Source: Candidatus Xenobia bacterium
GTDB taxonomy: Bacteria; Vulcanimicrobiota; CADAWZ01
Length of the DNA stretch: 64,000 bases
Direction of reading: 5' to 3'
NCBI GenBank assembly: GCA_045114665.1
Contig: JBGUKW010000318.1
Span: 1,868-65,867 of the forward strand
Part shown: piece by piece, positions 56,759-64,000 of the stretch
How the letters are laid out: each line of letters begins with the position of its first letter
Numbering within the stretch: the stretch's first letter is position 1
Made by a program: the position numbers and the translations under genes
The notes under the pieces: model-generated
Told to the model about the DNA's origin: nothing
Database searches by the model: none
The model's input: only the letters and a program-made list of their open reading frames with translations

Positions 56759-58570
56759 ATGGGTAAGAAAAAAATTAAAGTAATGGATACGTCTTTCAGA
56801 GACGGATTTCAGTCAGTCTATGGAGCGAGAGTTTTCACTAAAGATTTTCTTCCCGCTCTTAAAAGTGCAATAGAAGCAGGATTAAGACATTTTGAAGTAG
56901 GTGGTGGAGCAAGATTTCAAGCCCCTATATTCTACTGTAATGAAAATGCTTTTGACATGATGGACACAATAAGAAAAACAGCAGGTCCAGAAATTGAGCT
57001 TCAGACACTCGCAAGAGGTGTAAATGTCGTAGGTCTTGAATCACAGCCTAAAGACATCATCGATCTTCATGCTAAAATGTTCAAAAAACATGGCATGACA
57101 ACGATTAGAAATTTTGATGCATTAAATGATGTCAATAATTTAGATTATTCAGGAAGATGTATTAAAAAACATGGATTAAAACATGAAGTAACTGTAACAA
57201 TGATGGAATTACCTATTGGTTGTGAAGGAGCTCATGATGTTCCATTTTATGAAAAAGTTTTAAGAAGTATACTTGATGCTGGAATTCCATTTGATTCTCT
57301 ATGTTTTAAAGATGCATCTGGTACATCAAGACCAAGAAAAGTTTTTGAGACAGTAAAAATGGCAAGAGAATTAATCGGTTCTGACAAAAGCATAAGATTC
57401 CATTCTCATGAAACAGCTGGAACAGGCTTAGCATGTTATTTATCTGCTCTCGAAGGTGGAGCTGACGCAATAGATTTATCAATGAAACCTGTTTCAGGTG
57501 GAACAGCACAGCCTGACATCGTATCAATGTGGCATGCTCTCAAAGGTACAGAATACGATCTCGGAATCGACATCAAAAAAATCATAGAAACTGAAGAAAT
57601 TTTTAAAGAGTGTATGAAGGACTATTTCCTGCCTCCTGAGGCTACAACAGTAAATCCTATGATCATTCAATCCCCTCTCCCAGGTGGTGCCTTAACAGCA
57701 AATACCCAAATGATGAGAGACAACGGAACTATGAACAGATTCCCAGAAGTTGTAACAGCAATGAATGAAGTTGTATCAAAAGGCGGTTTTGGAACTTCTG
57801 TAACACCTGTTTCACAATTCTATTTCCAACAGGCATATTCAAATGTGATGTTTGGACCTTGGAAAAAGATAACAGACGGATATGGCAAAATGGTTCTTGG
57901 ATATTTTGGAAAGACACCTTGTGAGCCTGATCCTGAAGTAGTAAGAATGGCTTCAGAACAGTTAAAACTTGAACCAACAAAAGAAAAAGTTGTTAACATC
58001 AATGACAGAGACAAAACAAAAGGCATTGAATATGCAAAAAAAGTTTTAAAAGAAGCTGGTCTTGAAGAGACAGATGAAAACATATTTATAGCTGCCTCTT
58101 GTAAAGAAAAAGGTATCGAATTCCTAAAAGGAAATGGAAAAATTGGTGTCAGAAAGAACGAACCTGAAAAGAAAACTACATCATTGACAAAAACCAAAAA
58201 ATCAGATACATATACAGTAACTGTAAATGGCAAGAGTTATGTAGTTAAACTCGATTCACAATGTACAAAGGCAACTGTAAATAATTCTACTTATGACATA
58301 GATGTAAAAGAAGGTTCTACATCTCTTGTCAAAAAATCTTCTTCATCAAATGAAGGCACAGAGATAAAAGCTCCACTACCAGGAAAAATTACAAAAGTTC
58401 TTGTAAAAATTGGAGATAAGATAGAAAAAGAAGATACAGTAGCTATCATTGAAGCAATGAAAATGGAAACAGAGATAAAAAGTCCAGTCGCTGGTACTAT
58501 TTCTTCTATAGATGTTGAATTTGGAACAGATGTACTTACAGATCAAGCAATTATGACTGTAGAAGAATAG
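56759..58570 (+). CDS. oadA: Oxaloacetate decarboxylase alpha subunit (carboxyltransferase plus biotin carboxyl-carrier domain)
   Basis: 603 aa. TIM-barrel carboxyltransferase (FRDGFQS, HxH metal site). C-terminal biotinyl domain EAMKMETEI. Confidence 0.9.
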   Translation: MGKKKIKVMDTSFRDGFQSVYGARVFTKDFLPALKSAIEAGLRHFEVGGGARFQAPIFYCNENAFDMMDTIRKTAGPEIELQTLARGVNVVGLESQPKDIIDLHAKMFKKHGMTTIRNFDALNDVNNLDYSGRCIKKHGLKHEVTVTMMELPIGCEGAHDVPFYEKVLRSILDAGIPFDSLCFKDASGTSRPRKVFETVKMARELIGSDKSIRFHSHETAGTGLACYLSALEGGADAIDLSMKPVSGGTAQPDIVSMWHALKGTEYDLGIDIKKIIETEEIFKECMKDYFLPPEATTVNPMIIQSPLPGGALTANTQMMRDNGTMNRFPEVVTAMNEVVSKGGFGTSVTPVSQFYFQQAYSNVMFGPWKKITDGYGKMVLGYFGKTPCEPDPEVVRMASEQLKLEPTKEKVVNINDRDKTKGIEYAKKVLKEAGLEETDENIFIAASCKEKGIEFLKGNGKIGVRKNEPEKKTTSLTKTKKSDTYTVTVNGKSYVVKLDSQCTKATVNNSTYDIDVKEGSTSLVKKSSSSNEGTEIKAPLPGKITKVLVKIGDKIEKEDTVAIIEAMKMETEIKSPVAGTISSIDVEFGTDVLTDQAIMTVEE

Positions 58571-58578
58571 GAGGGATC

Positions 58579-59766
58579 ATGGATTTCGGAAGTAAATTAC
58601 AAGCATTAAATGCAAGCACTGGATATTGGAACTTAATAAAACCACCAAATCCAGCACTAAGTGGAATTGAGCAATTTTTATATCAATTTGGAACTCCGAT
58701 AATGTTTATTGTCTGCTTCCTTTTGATATATCTTGCAATAAAAAAACAATATGAGCCTCTTTTACTTCTTCCTATTGGCTTTGGAGGATTTTTAGCAAAT
58801 ATTCCAGTCATAAATATGGCCGAGGGCAATGGATTTCTTCACCAAATATATAATTTCGGTATAGAATCAGGATTATTTCCACTGTTTATATTCATGGGAG
58901 TAGGAGCATTGACGGACTTTGGTCCACTAATTGCAAACCCTAAAATGGCACTTTTAGGGGGTGCAGCACAATTTGGAATTTTTGGTGCATTGTTGGGAGC
59001 CCTTGTACTTGGTGAATACTGCGGATTTGGTTTTGGACTAAAAGAAGCAGCTTCTATCGGAATCATAGGAGGTGCTGACGGCCCAACTTCAATATTTGTA
59101 ACCACAAAATTAGCTCCTGATTTACTTGGTGCTATTGCGGTTGCTGCTTATTCATATATGGCACTTGTTCCAATAATTCAGCCACCAATAATGAAATTAT
59201 TGACAAGCGAAGAAGAACGAAAAATAAAAATGACTCAGCTAAAACCTGTATCAAAAACGACTAAAATATTATTCCCTATTGTAGTTCTTGGACTTTGTGC
59301 ATTATTTCTTCCAGACGCAACCCCACTAATGGGAGCATTATGTTTTGGAAATTTAGCTAAAGAATCAGGAGTTGTTGATAGAATTTCAAAAACAATGCAG
59401 AATGAATTTATGAATATTGTTACAATTCTTCTCGGATTGGCAGTTGGTTCAAAATTATCTGCAGATAAATTTTTGACAGTTCAGACACTTGGAATTCTTC
59501 TTTTAGGACTTATAGCATTTTCAATAGCAACAGCTTCAGGTGTTTTATTTGCTAAACTTATGAACCTTTTTTCAAAAAAGAAAATCAATCCACTTATCGG
59601 TGCAGCTGGTGTTTCTGCAGTTCCAATGTCAGCAAGAGTTGTAAACAAAGTAGGACTTGAAAGTGATTCACAAAATTTCTTGCTTATGCATGCAATGGGA
59701 CCTAATGTATCTGGTGTCATAGGTTCTGCTGTAGCAGCAGGAATATTAATTGCACTTTGTAGATAA
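58579..59766 (+). CDS. oadB: Oxaloacetate decarboxylase beta subunit (Na+-translocating)
   Basis: 395 aa polytopic membrane protein of the OadB/GcdB/MmdB family. Confidence 0.9.
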   Translation: MDFGSKLQALNASTGYWNLIKPPNPALSGIEQFLYQFGTPIMFIVCFLLIYLAIKKQYEPLLLLPIGFGGFLANIPVINMAEGNGFLHQIYNFGIESGLFPLFIFMGVGALTDFGPLIANPKMALLGGAAQFGIFGALLGALVLGEYCGFGFGLKEAASIGIIGGADGPTSIFVTTKLAPDLLGAIAVAAYSYMALVPIIQPPIMKLLTSEEERKIKMTQLKPVSKTTKILFPIVVLGLCALFLPDATPLMGALCFGNLAKESGVVDRISKTMQNEFMNIVTILLGLAVGSKLSADKFLTVQTLGILLLGLIAFSIATASGVLFAKLMNLFSKKKINPLIGAAGVSAVPMSARVVNKVGLESDSQNFLLMHAMGPNVSGVIGSAVAAGILIALCR

Positions 59767-59788
59767 AATAATTAACCTAAACATAAAA

Positions 59789-59827
59789 AACCTTTCCTCT
59801 CCTTATATAAGGAGAGGGAAGGTTTTT
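59789..59827 (+). terminator. Rho-independent terminator after oadB
   Basis: AACCTTTCCTCTCCTTA-TAT-TAAGGAGAGGGAAGGTTTTT. Confidence 0.8.
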
Positions 59828-59914
59828 GTATATTTTTTCTCATATGAACTGAACCCAAAATTACATTTTTTGTTTGCCTTTGCATAAAAATACATAAAAA
59901 ATATAAAAAAATCA

Positions 59915-59943
59915 TTGCATAAAATTTTTAAAAGTAGTATAAT
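59915..59943 (+). promoter_or_regulatory. Consensus sigma70-type promoter of pckA; second copy of the duplicated promoter module
   Basis: TTGCAT at 59915..59920, 17-nt spacer, TATAAT at 59938..59943. Confidence 0.6.
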
Positions 59944-60027
59944 AATAAAATATAGCGAACATAGTGAAAAATTAAGGGCTATTTTGATAGTCCTATTTTT
60001 ATAAAATACAAGGTGAAAGGAATAAAC

Positions 60028-61674
60028 ATGAGTACAATAGAGAATTTCAGAACAAATGAAGAATTCAAAGCTATGACTTCTGCAGCAAGAGCAACTATAG
60101 TAACTCCATTTTTTGGAAACAATGTAGAATCTGTAAAGACAATAGCAGAAGCATACAAACTTGCACTTCGTAGCCCTGGTACAATAGAATTGACAGGAAT
60201 GCCAGTCTATGAACCTGAAAAAATTGGACTTCCAAAAGGTGCAAATCAACTTCTTTTCAACGATGGCAATGTTGTCGGTCGTTGTGCAGCAGCAAGAAGA
60301 ATCGTAGGAGACACAAACTGTGATCTCAAAAAAATTCTCCCAGTAGTTAGAGAAGCTGTATATAATACAAGATATAAATTAATGTACAGAACAGAAGCCG
60401 TTATTGGTCTTGAAAATGATTTCATGATCAAAGCACACCTTTTGATTCCACAAGGCTTTGAAAATATAATGTACTCTTGGCTCTTGAACTTCCAATATAT
60501 AAATGAAGAATATGCAAAAATGTATGCAAATTCAAGAGAAATCCCAGAGGGTGACATCTATGTATTCTCAGACCCAGATTGGACACACCCAGACTTCCCA
60601 CTCGGTTTGACATTCTTCGATCCAGAACACAACTGTGCAGCAATCCTCGGAATGAGATATTTCGGAGAATTCAAAAAAGGAACTCTCACACTTGCTTGGG
60701 GTTCTGCAGCAAGAAATGGATATGCTTCATGCCATGGTGGAATGAAGCGTTACAACCTCGAAGGTGGAAAATCATTCCAAGCAGCAGTATTTGGTCTTTC
60801 AGGTTCAGGAAAATCAACAATTACACACGCAAAACACAACAACAAATATGACATCACTGTTCTTCATGATGACGCATTTATCATCAATGTTGAAAAGAAA
60901 TATTCAATAGCTCTTGAACCTTCATATTTTGATAAAACAGCTGACTATCCAATGGGTTGCGATGATAACAAATATATCCTCACACAACAGAACAATGGCG
61001 CAATCACAGCTGAAGACGGAAAAGTCTATTCAATAACAGAAGACATCAGAAATGGAAATGGAAGAGCTGTAAAATCAAAACTATGGTCTCCAAACAGAGT
61101 TGATAGAGTTGATGAACCAATCAACGCTATATTCTGGCTTATGAAAGACCCAACAATTCCTCCAGTTGTAAAAGTATCAGGTGCAGCACTCGGAAGCACA
61201 ATGGGAGCAACACTTGCAACAAAGAGAACATCTGCAGAAAGACTTGCACCAGGTGTAGATCCAAATGCACTCGTAGTTGAACCTTATGCAAACCCATTCA
61301 GAGTTTATCCTCTAAAAGTTGACTATGAACGCTTCAAAAAATTGATTGAAGACGGAGTTGCTTGCTACATTCTCAACACAGGCGAATTTATGGGCAAGAA
61401 AATCAAAAAAGAGACAACACTTGGAGTTCTCGAATCAATCGTCGAAGGTACTGCAAAATTTGAAAAATGGGGCAATCTTTCTGACATCGAAATCATGAAA
61501 ATCGAAGGATTTGATGCTTCATTTGACAATGCAGAATATGCAGAACAATTCTCAAAACGCATGAGCGATAGAATCGAATTTGTAAAATCAAGAAAGACAG
61601 AAAAAGGCGGAAAGGACGAACTTCCAGAAGAAGCTCTCCAAGCTCTTGAAAATGTCATCAAAGAAATCAAATAA
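60028..61674 (+). CDS. pckA: Phosphoenolpyruvate carboxykinase (ATP)-like
   Basis: Kinase-1a P-loop FGLSGSGKSTIT (canonical FGLSGTGKTTLS) and overall collinearity with ATP-PEPCK. ATG at 60028 with an AGGTGAAAGG SD. Confidence 0.7.
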   Translation: MSTIENFRTNEEFKAMTSAARATIVTPFFGNNVESVKTIAEAYKLALRSPGTIELTGMPVYEPEKIGLPKGANQLLFNDGNVVGRCAAARRIVGDTNCDLKKILPVVREAVYNTRYKLMYRTEAVIGLENDFMIKAHLLIPQGFENIMYSWLLNFQYINEEYAKMYANSREIPEGDIYVFSDPDWTHPDFPLGLTFFDPEHNCAAILGMRYFGEFKKGTLTLAWGSAARNGYASCHGGMKRYNLEGGKSFQAAVFGLSGSGKSTITHAKHNNKYDITVLHDDAFIINVEKKYSIALEPSYFDKTADYPMGCDDNKYILTQQNNGAITAEDGKVYSITEDIRNGNGRAVKSKLWSPNRVDRVDEPINAIFWLMKDPTIPPVVKVSGAALGSTMGATLATKRTSAERLAPGVDPNALVVEPYANPFRVYPLKVDYERFKKLIEDGVACYILNTGEFMGKKIKKETTLGVLESIVEGTAKFEKWGNLSDIEIMKIEGFDASFDNAEYAEQFSKRMSDRIEFVKSRKTEKGGKDELPEEALQALENVIKEIK

Positions 61675-61690
61675 ATTTAGGTAAACAATA

Positions 61691-61732
61691 AAAAAGTTAC
61701 ACTTGAAAATTTTCAGGTGTAACTTTTTTTTA
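61691..61732. terminator. Bidirectional rho-independent terminator after pckA
   Basis: AAAAAAGTTACAC-TTGAAAATTTTCAG-GTGTAACTTTTTTTT. Confidence 0.8.
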
Positions 61733-61943
61733 TTAGGGCGTGTAAGAAACTTTAATAGTTTTGTTTTTGAGTTTTTAGGTATAAGTCGCTCACTAATTCT
61801 TTTTTTTCGCATATATTGTGCTAATTGCAAGAAACTACTATGGGAAAAAAACATATCGTTCGCTGACTTACACCGTAAAAACTCTTTTACCTGCTAAATA
61901 GACAAAAAATAAACTAGCACAAGGCATTGAGTTAATAAAAAAT

Positions 61944-61972
61944 TTGACAAAATAACAAAATAACATTATAAT
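61944..61972 (+). promoter_or_regulatory. Consensus sigma70 promoter of the rubrerythrin gene (TTGACA-17-TATAAT)
   Basis: Perfect -35 and -10 hexamers with a 17-nt spacer, about 40 nt upstream of the rbr start. Confidence 0.6.
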
Positions 61973-62014
61973 AAACACTGTACCTATTTTAAACAAAATA
62001 AGGAGAAAAAACAA

Positions 62015-62554
62015 ATGAAATATGTATGCAAAGTATGTGGATATGTCTATGAAGGCGACAATCCTCCAGAGCAATGCCCAATTTGCAAGGCTATGAATCC
62101 ATTCAATGAATTAAAAGAAGAAAAAGTCTATGCTGATGAGCACAGAGTAGGCTCAGCAAAAGGTCTTGATGAAAGAATTATTGAAGGACTTAGAGCCAAC
62201 TTCACAGGTGAATGTGCTGAAGTTGGTATGTATCTTGCAATGAGCAGACAAGCTGATAGAGAAGGCTATCCAGAAATTGCTGAAGCATTCAAGAGATATG
62301 CTTTTGAAGAAGCAGACCATGCTGCAAGATTTGCAGAACTTCTCGGAGAAGTTTTGACAAATTCAACAGAAGAAAATGTAAAAATGAGAGCCGCTGCAGA
62401 ATTTGGTGCATGTGATGGCAAACTCCAACTTGCAAAACTTGCTAAACAGTTAAACTACGATGCAGTACATGATACAGTTCATGAAATGTGTAAAGATGAA
62501 GCAAGACATGGCAAAGGATTTGATGGACTTTTAAAGAGATATTTTGGCAAATAA
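62015..62554 (+). CDS. rbr: Reverse rubrerythrin (N-terminal rubredoxin-like CxxC...CxxC domain plus C-terminal ferritin-like di-iron domain)
   Basis: CKVCGYVY...CPICKA rubredoxin motif first, then E...ExxH di-iron ligands ([29 protein letters not shown]). Confidence 0.85.
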   Translation: MKYVCKVCGYVYEGDNPPEQCPICKAMNPFNELKEEKVYADEHRVGSAKGLDERIIEGLRANFTGECAEVGMYLAMSRQADREGYPEIAEAFKRYAFEEADHAARFAELLGEVLTNSTEENVKMRAAAEFGACDGKLQLAKLAKQLNYDAVHDTVHEMCKDEARHGKGFDGLLKRYFGK

Positions 62555-62577
62555 AATTTTAGAAAAATAGAAGAAAT

Positions 62578-62620
62578 AAACCCTTTGAAATAGAAGTTAA
62601 TTTCAAAGGGTTTATTTTGT
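62578..62620 (+). terminator. Rho-independent terminator after rbr
   Basis: AAACCCTTTGAAA-TAGAAGTTAA-TTTCAAAGGGTTTATTTTGTT. Confidence 0.8.
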
Positions 62621-62636
62621 TATTGGAGGGCGTGAT

Positions 62637-63977
62637 ATGTCTTTACTTATAAAAAATGGAAAAATTATAACAATGGGAGATGATCCCAAAATAATTGAAA
62701 ATGGTTCTATATACATAAAAAATGGACGAATTGAAGATTTTGGAAATAAAGACGAAGTTGAAAAAAGAAATGAAAAAGCAACAGAAGAAATAGATGCAGA
62801 AGACAATTATATAATGCCTGGAATGATAAATTCTCACATGCACCTTTACAGTACATTTGCAAGGGGCATGGCACTTTCTGGAGAACCTGCGACAACATTT
62901 GTTGAAATTCTTGAAAAACTTTGGTGGAGACTCGATAAAAAACTAACTCTTGAAGATTGTTATTACAGTGCATTAATGCCAATGATCGACTGTATAAAAA
63001 AAGGAGTTACAACAATAATTGACCATCATGCAAGTCCTTATGCAATAATGGGAAGTTTAGATGAAAATGAAAAGGCAGTAAAAGAAATTGGAATAAGAGG
63101 CAGTTTCTGTTACGAATTATCAGACAGAGACGGCATAGAAAAAAGAGATGAAGGCATAGAAGAAAATATCAGATTCATAAAAAAATGTAATGAAAATAAT
63201 GACGATATGGTAAAAGCCATGTTTGGATTACATGCAGCATTTACTTTAAGTGATGAAAGCCTTGAAAAAGCAAGAGAATCTATAGAAGGATTAAATACAG
63301 GTTTTCACATTCACACAGCAGAGGGAATTGCAGATGAAAATGACAGTGAATCAAAACACAAAATGAGAATTGTCGAAAGGCTCAAAAAATTTGATATTCT
63401 CGGTCATAAAACACTTGCCATTCACTGTGTACATGTAAATGAAAAAGAAATTGATATTTTAAAAGAGACAGATACATGTACTGTTCATAATCCATATTCA
63501 AACATGGGAAATGCAGTTGGTGTTGCCCCAATGCTCGACATGATAAGAAAAGGATTGATAATGGGTCTTGGAACAGACGGATATAACTGCGATATATTAG
63601 AAGGAATGAAACTTGTAAATGTCCTTCACAAACTAAACACAAGAGATCCAAGAGTATCTTGGGCTGAGCCTCCCCTACTCGCCTTTAAAAATAATTCAAT
63701 AATAGCAGAAAGACAATTTGGATATCCAATAGGAGTAATCAAAAAAGGTGGAGCTGGTGATGTTGTAATTGTTGACTACAAACCTTGGACACCAATGACA
63801 AATGAAAATTTGTTCAGTCATATTCATTTTGGATTCGCTTCACACAATATTAAAACAGTTGTTGCCAATGGTAAAATATTGATGAAAGATCACAATCTTG
63901 TAAATATTGATGAAGAAAGAATTTCGAGAAAATCCCAAGAGCTTGCTCAAAAACTTTGGAAAAGAATAAACACCTAA
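62637..63977 (+). CDS. Amidohydrolase-superfamily protein (SsnA / chlorohydrolase / aminohydrolase-like)
   Basis: 446 aa. Metal-binding HxH (MINSHMHLYST), downstream His/Asp ligands (HIHTAEG, GLGTDG), composite-barrel N-terminus. Confidence 0.7.
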   Translation: MSLLIKNGKIITMGDDPKIIENGSIYIKNGRIEDFGNKDEVEKRNEKATEEIDAEDNYIMPGMINSHMHLYSTFARGMALSGEPATTFVEILEKLWWRLDKKLTLEDCYYSALMPMIDCIKKGVTTIIDHHASPYAIMGSLDENEKAVKEIGIRGSFCYELSDRDGIEKRDEGIEENIRFIKKCNENNDDMVKAMFGLHAAFTLSDESLEKARESIEGLNTGFHIHTAEGIADENDSESKHKMRIVERLKKFDILGHKTLAIHCVHVNEKEIDILKETDTCTVHNPYSNMGNAVGVAPMLDMIRKGLIMGLGTDGYNCDILEGMKLVNVLHKLNTRDPRVSWAEPPLLAFKNNSIIAERQFGYPIGVIKKGGAGDVVIVDYKPWTPMTNENLFSHIHFGFASHNIKTVVANGKILMKDHNLVNIDEERISRKSQELAQKLWKRINT

Positions 63978-64000
63978 AAGGCAGACAAAAAAACAAAAGG

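Overview
This is a low-GC (about 30%) bacterial chromosomal window, densely coding and mostly housekeeping, with several accessory patches. Left to right on the minus strand: a partial large acidic protein; a 1233-aa all-TPR protein; RNase PH; an orphan FlhA cytoplasmic-domain-like protein tightly coupled to a double-SIS protein; membrane and lipoprotein genes; tsaC; then a plus-strand secreted clan-MA zinc peptidase. A minus-strand operon then encodes a sensory-type [FeFe]-hydrogenase (HydS-like, C-terminal PAS), a PP2C phosphatase, two thioredoxin-like [2Fe-2S] ferredoxins and a second [FeFe]-hydrogenase, directly followed by adhE. The conserved lepB-rplS-trmD-rimM-ylqD-KH-rpsP-ffh cluster follows. 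Next come a Gly/Met/Tyr-rich protein with five EF-hand-like loops, tRNA-Leu(CAG), and a tRNA-adjacent four-gene operon (Fic protein, B3/4 domain protein, membrane ankyrin protein, small ORF). Further right are rsmE, prmA, rpsF-ssb-rpsR-rplI-dnaB, obg, rpmA, murB, an MFS transporter, and a flagellar operon flgB-flgC-fliE-fliF-fliG-fliH-fliI-fliJ-SLT-fliK. The window ends with the oadGAB Na+-oxaloacetate decarboxylase operon and pckA (which share a near-identical consensus sigma70-type promoter module), a reverse rubrerythrin and an amidohydrolase. Two copies of an IS200/IS605-family right-end remnant (TnpB C-terminal zinc-finger fragment plus RE hairpins) are present. Gene content (AdhE, HydS, OAD, rubrerythrin, abundant TPR/ankyrin proteins, spirochete/Firmicute-style flagellar gene order) suggests a low-GC anaerobe; taxonomy cannot be resolved from this window because no rRNA is present.
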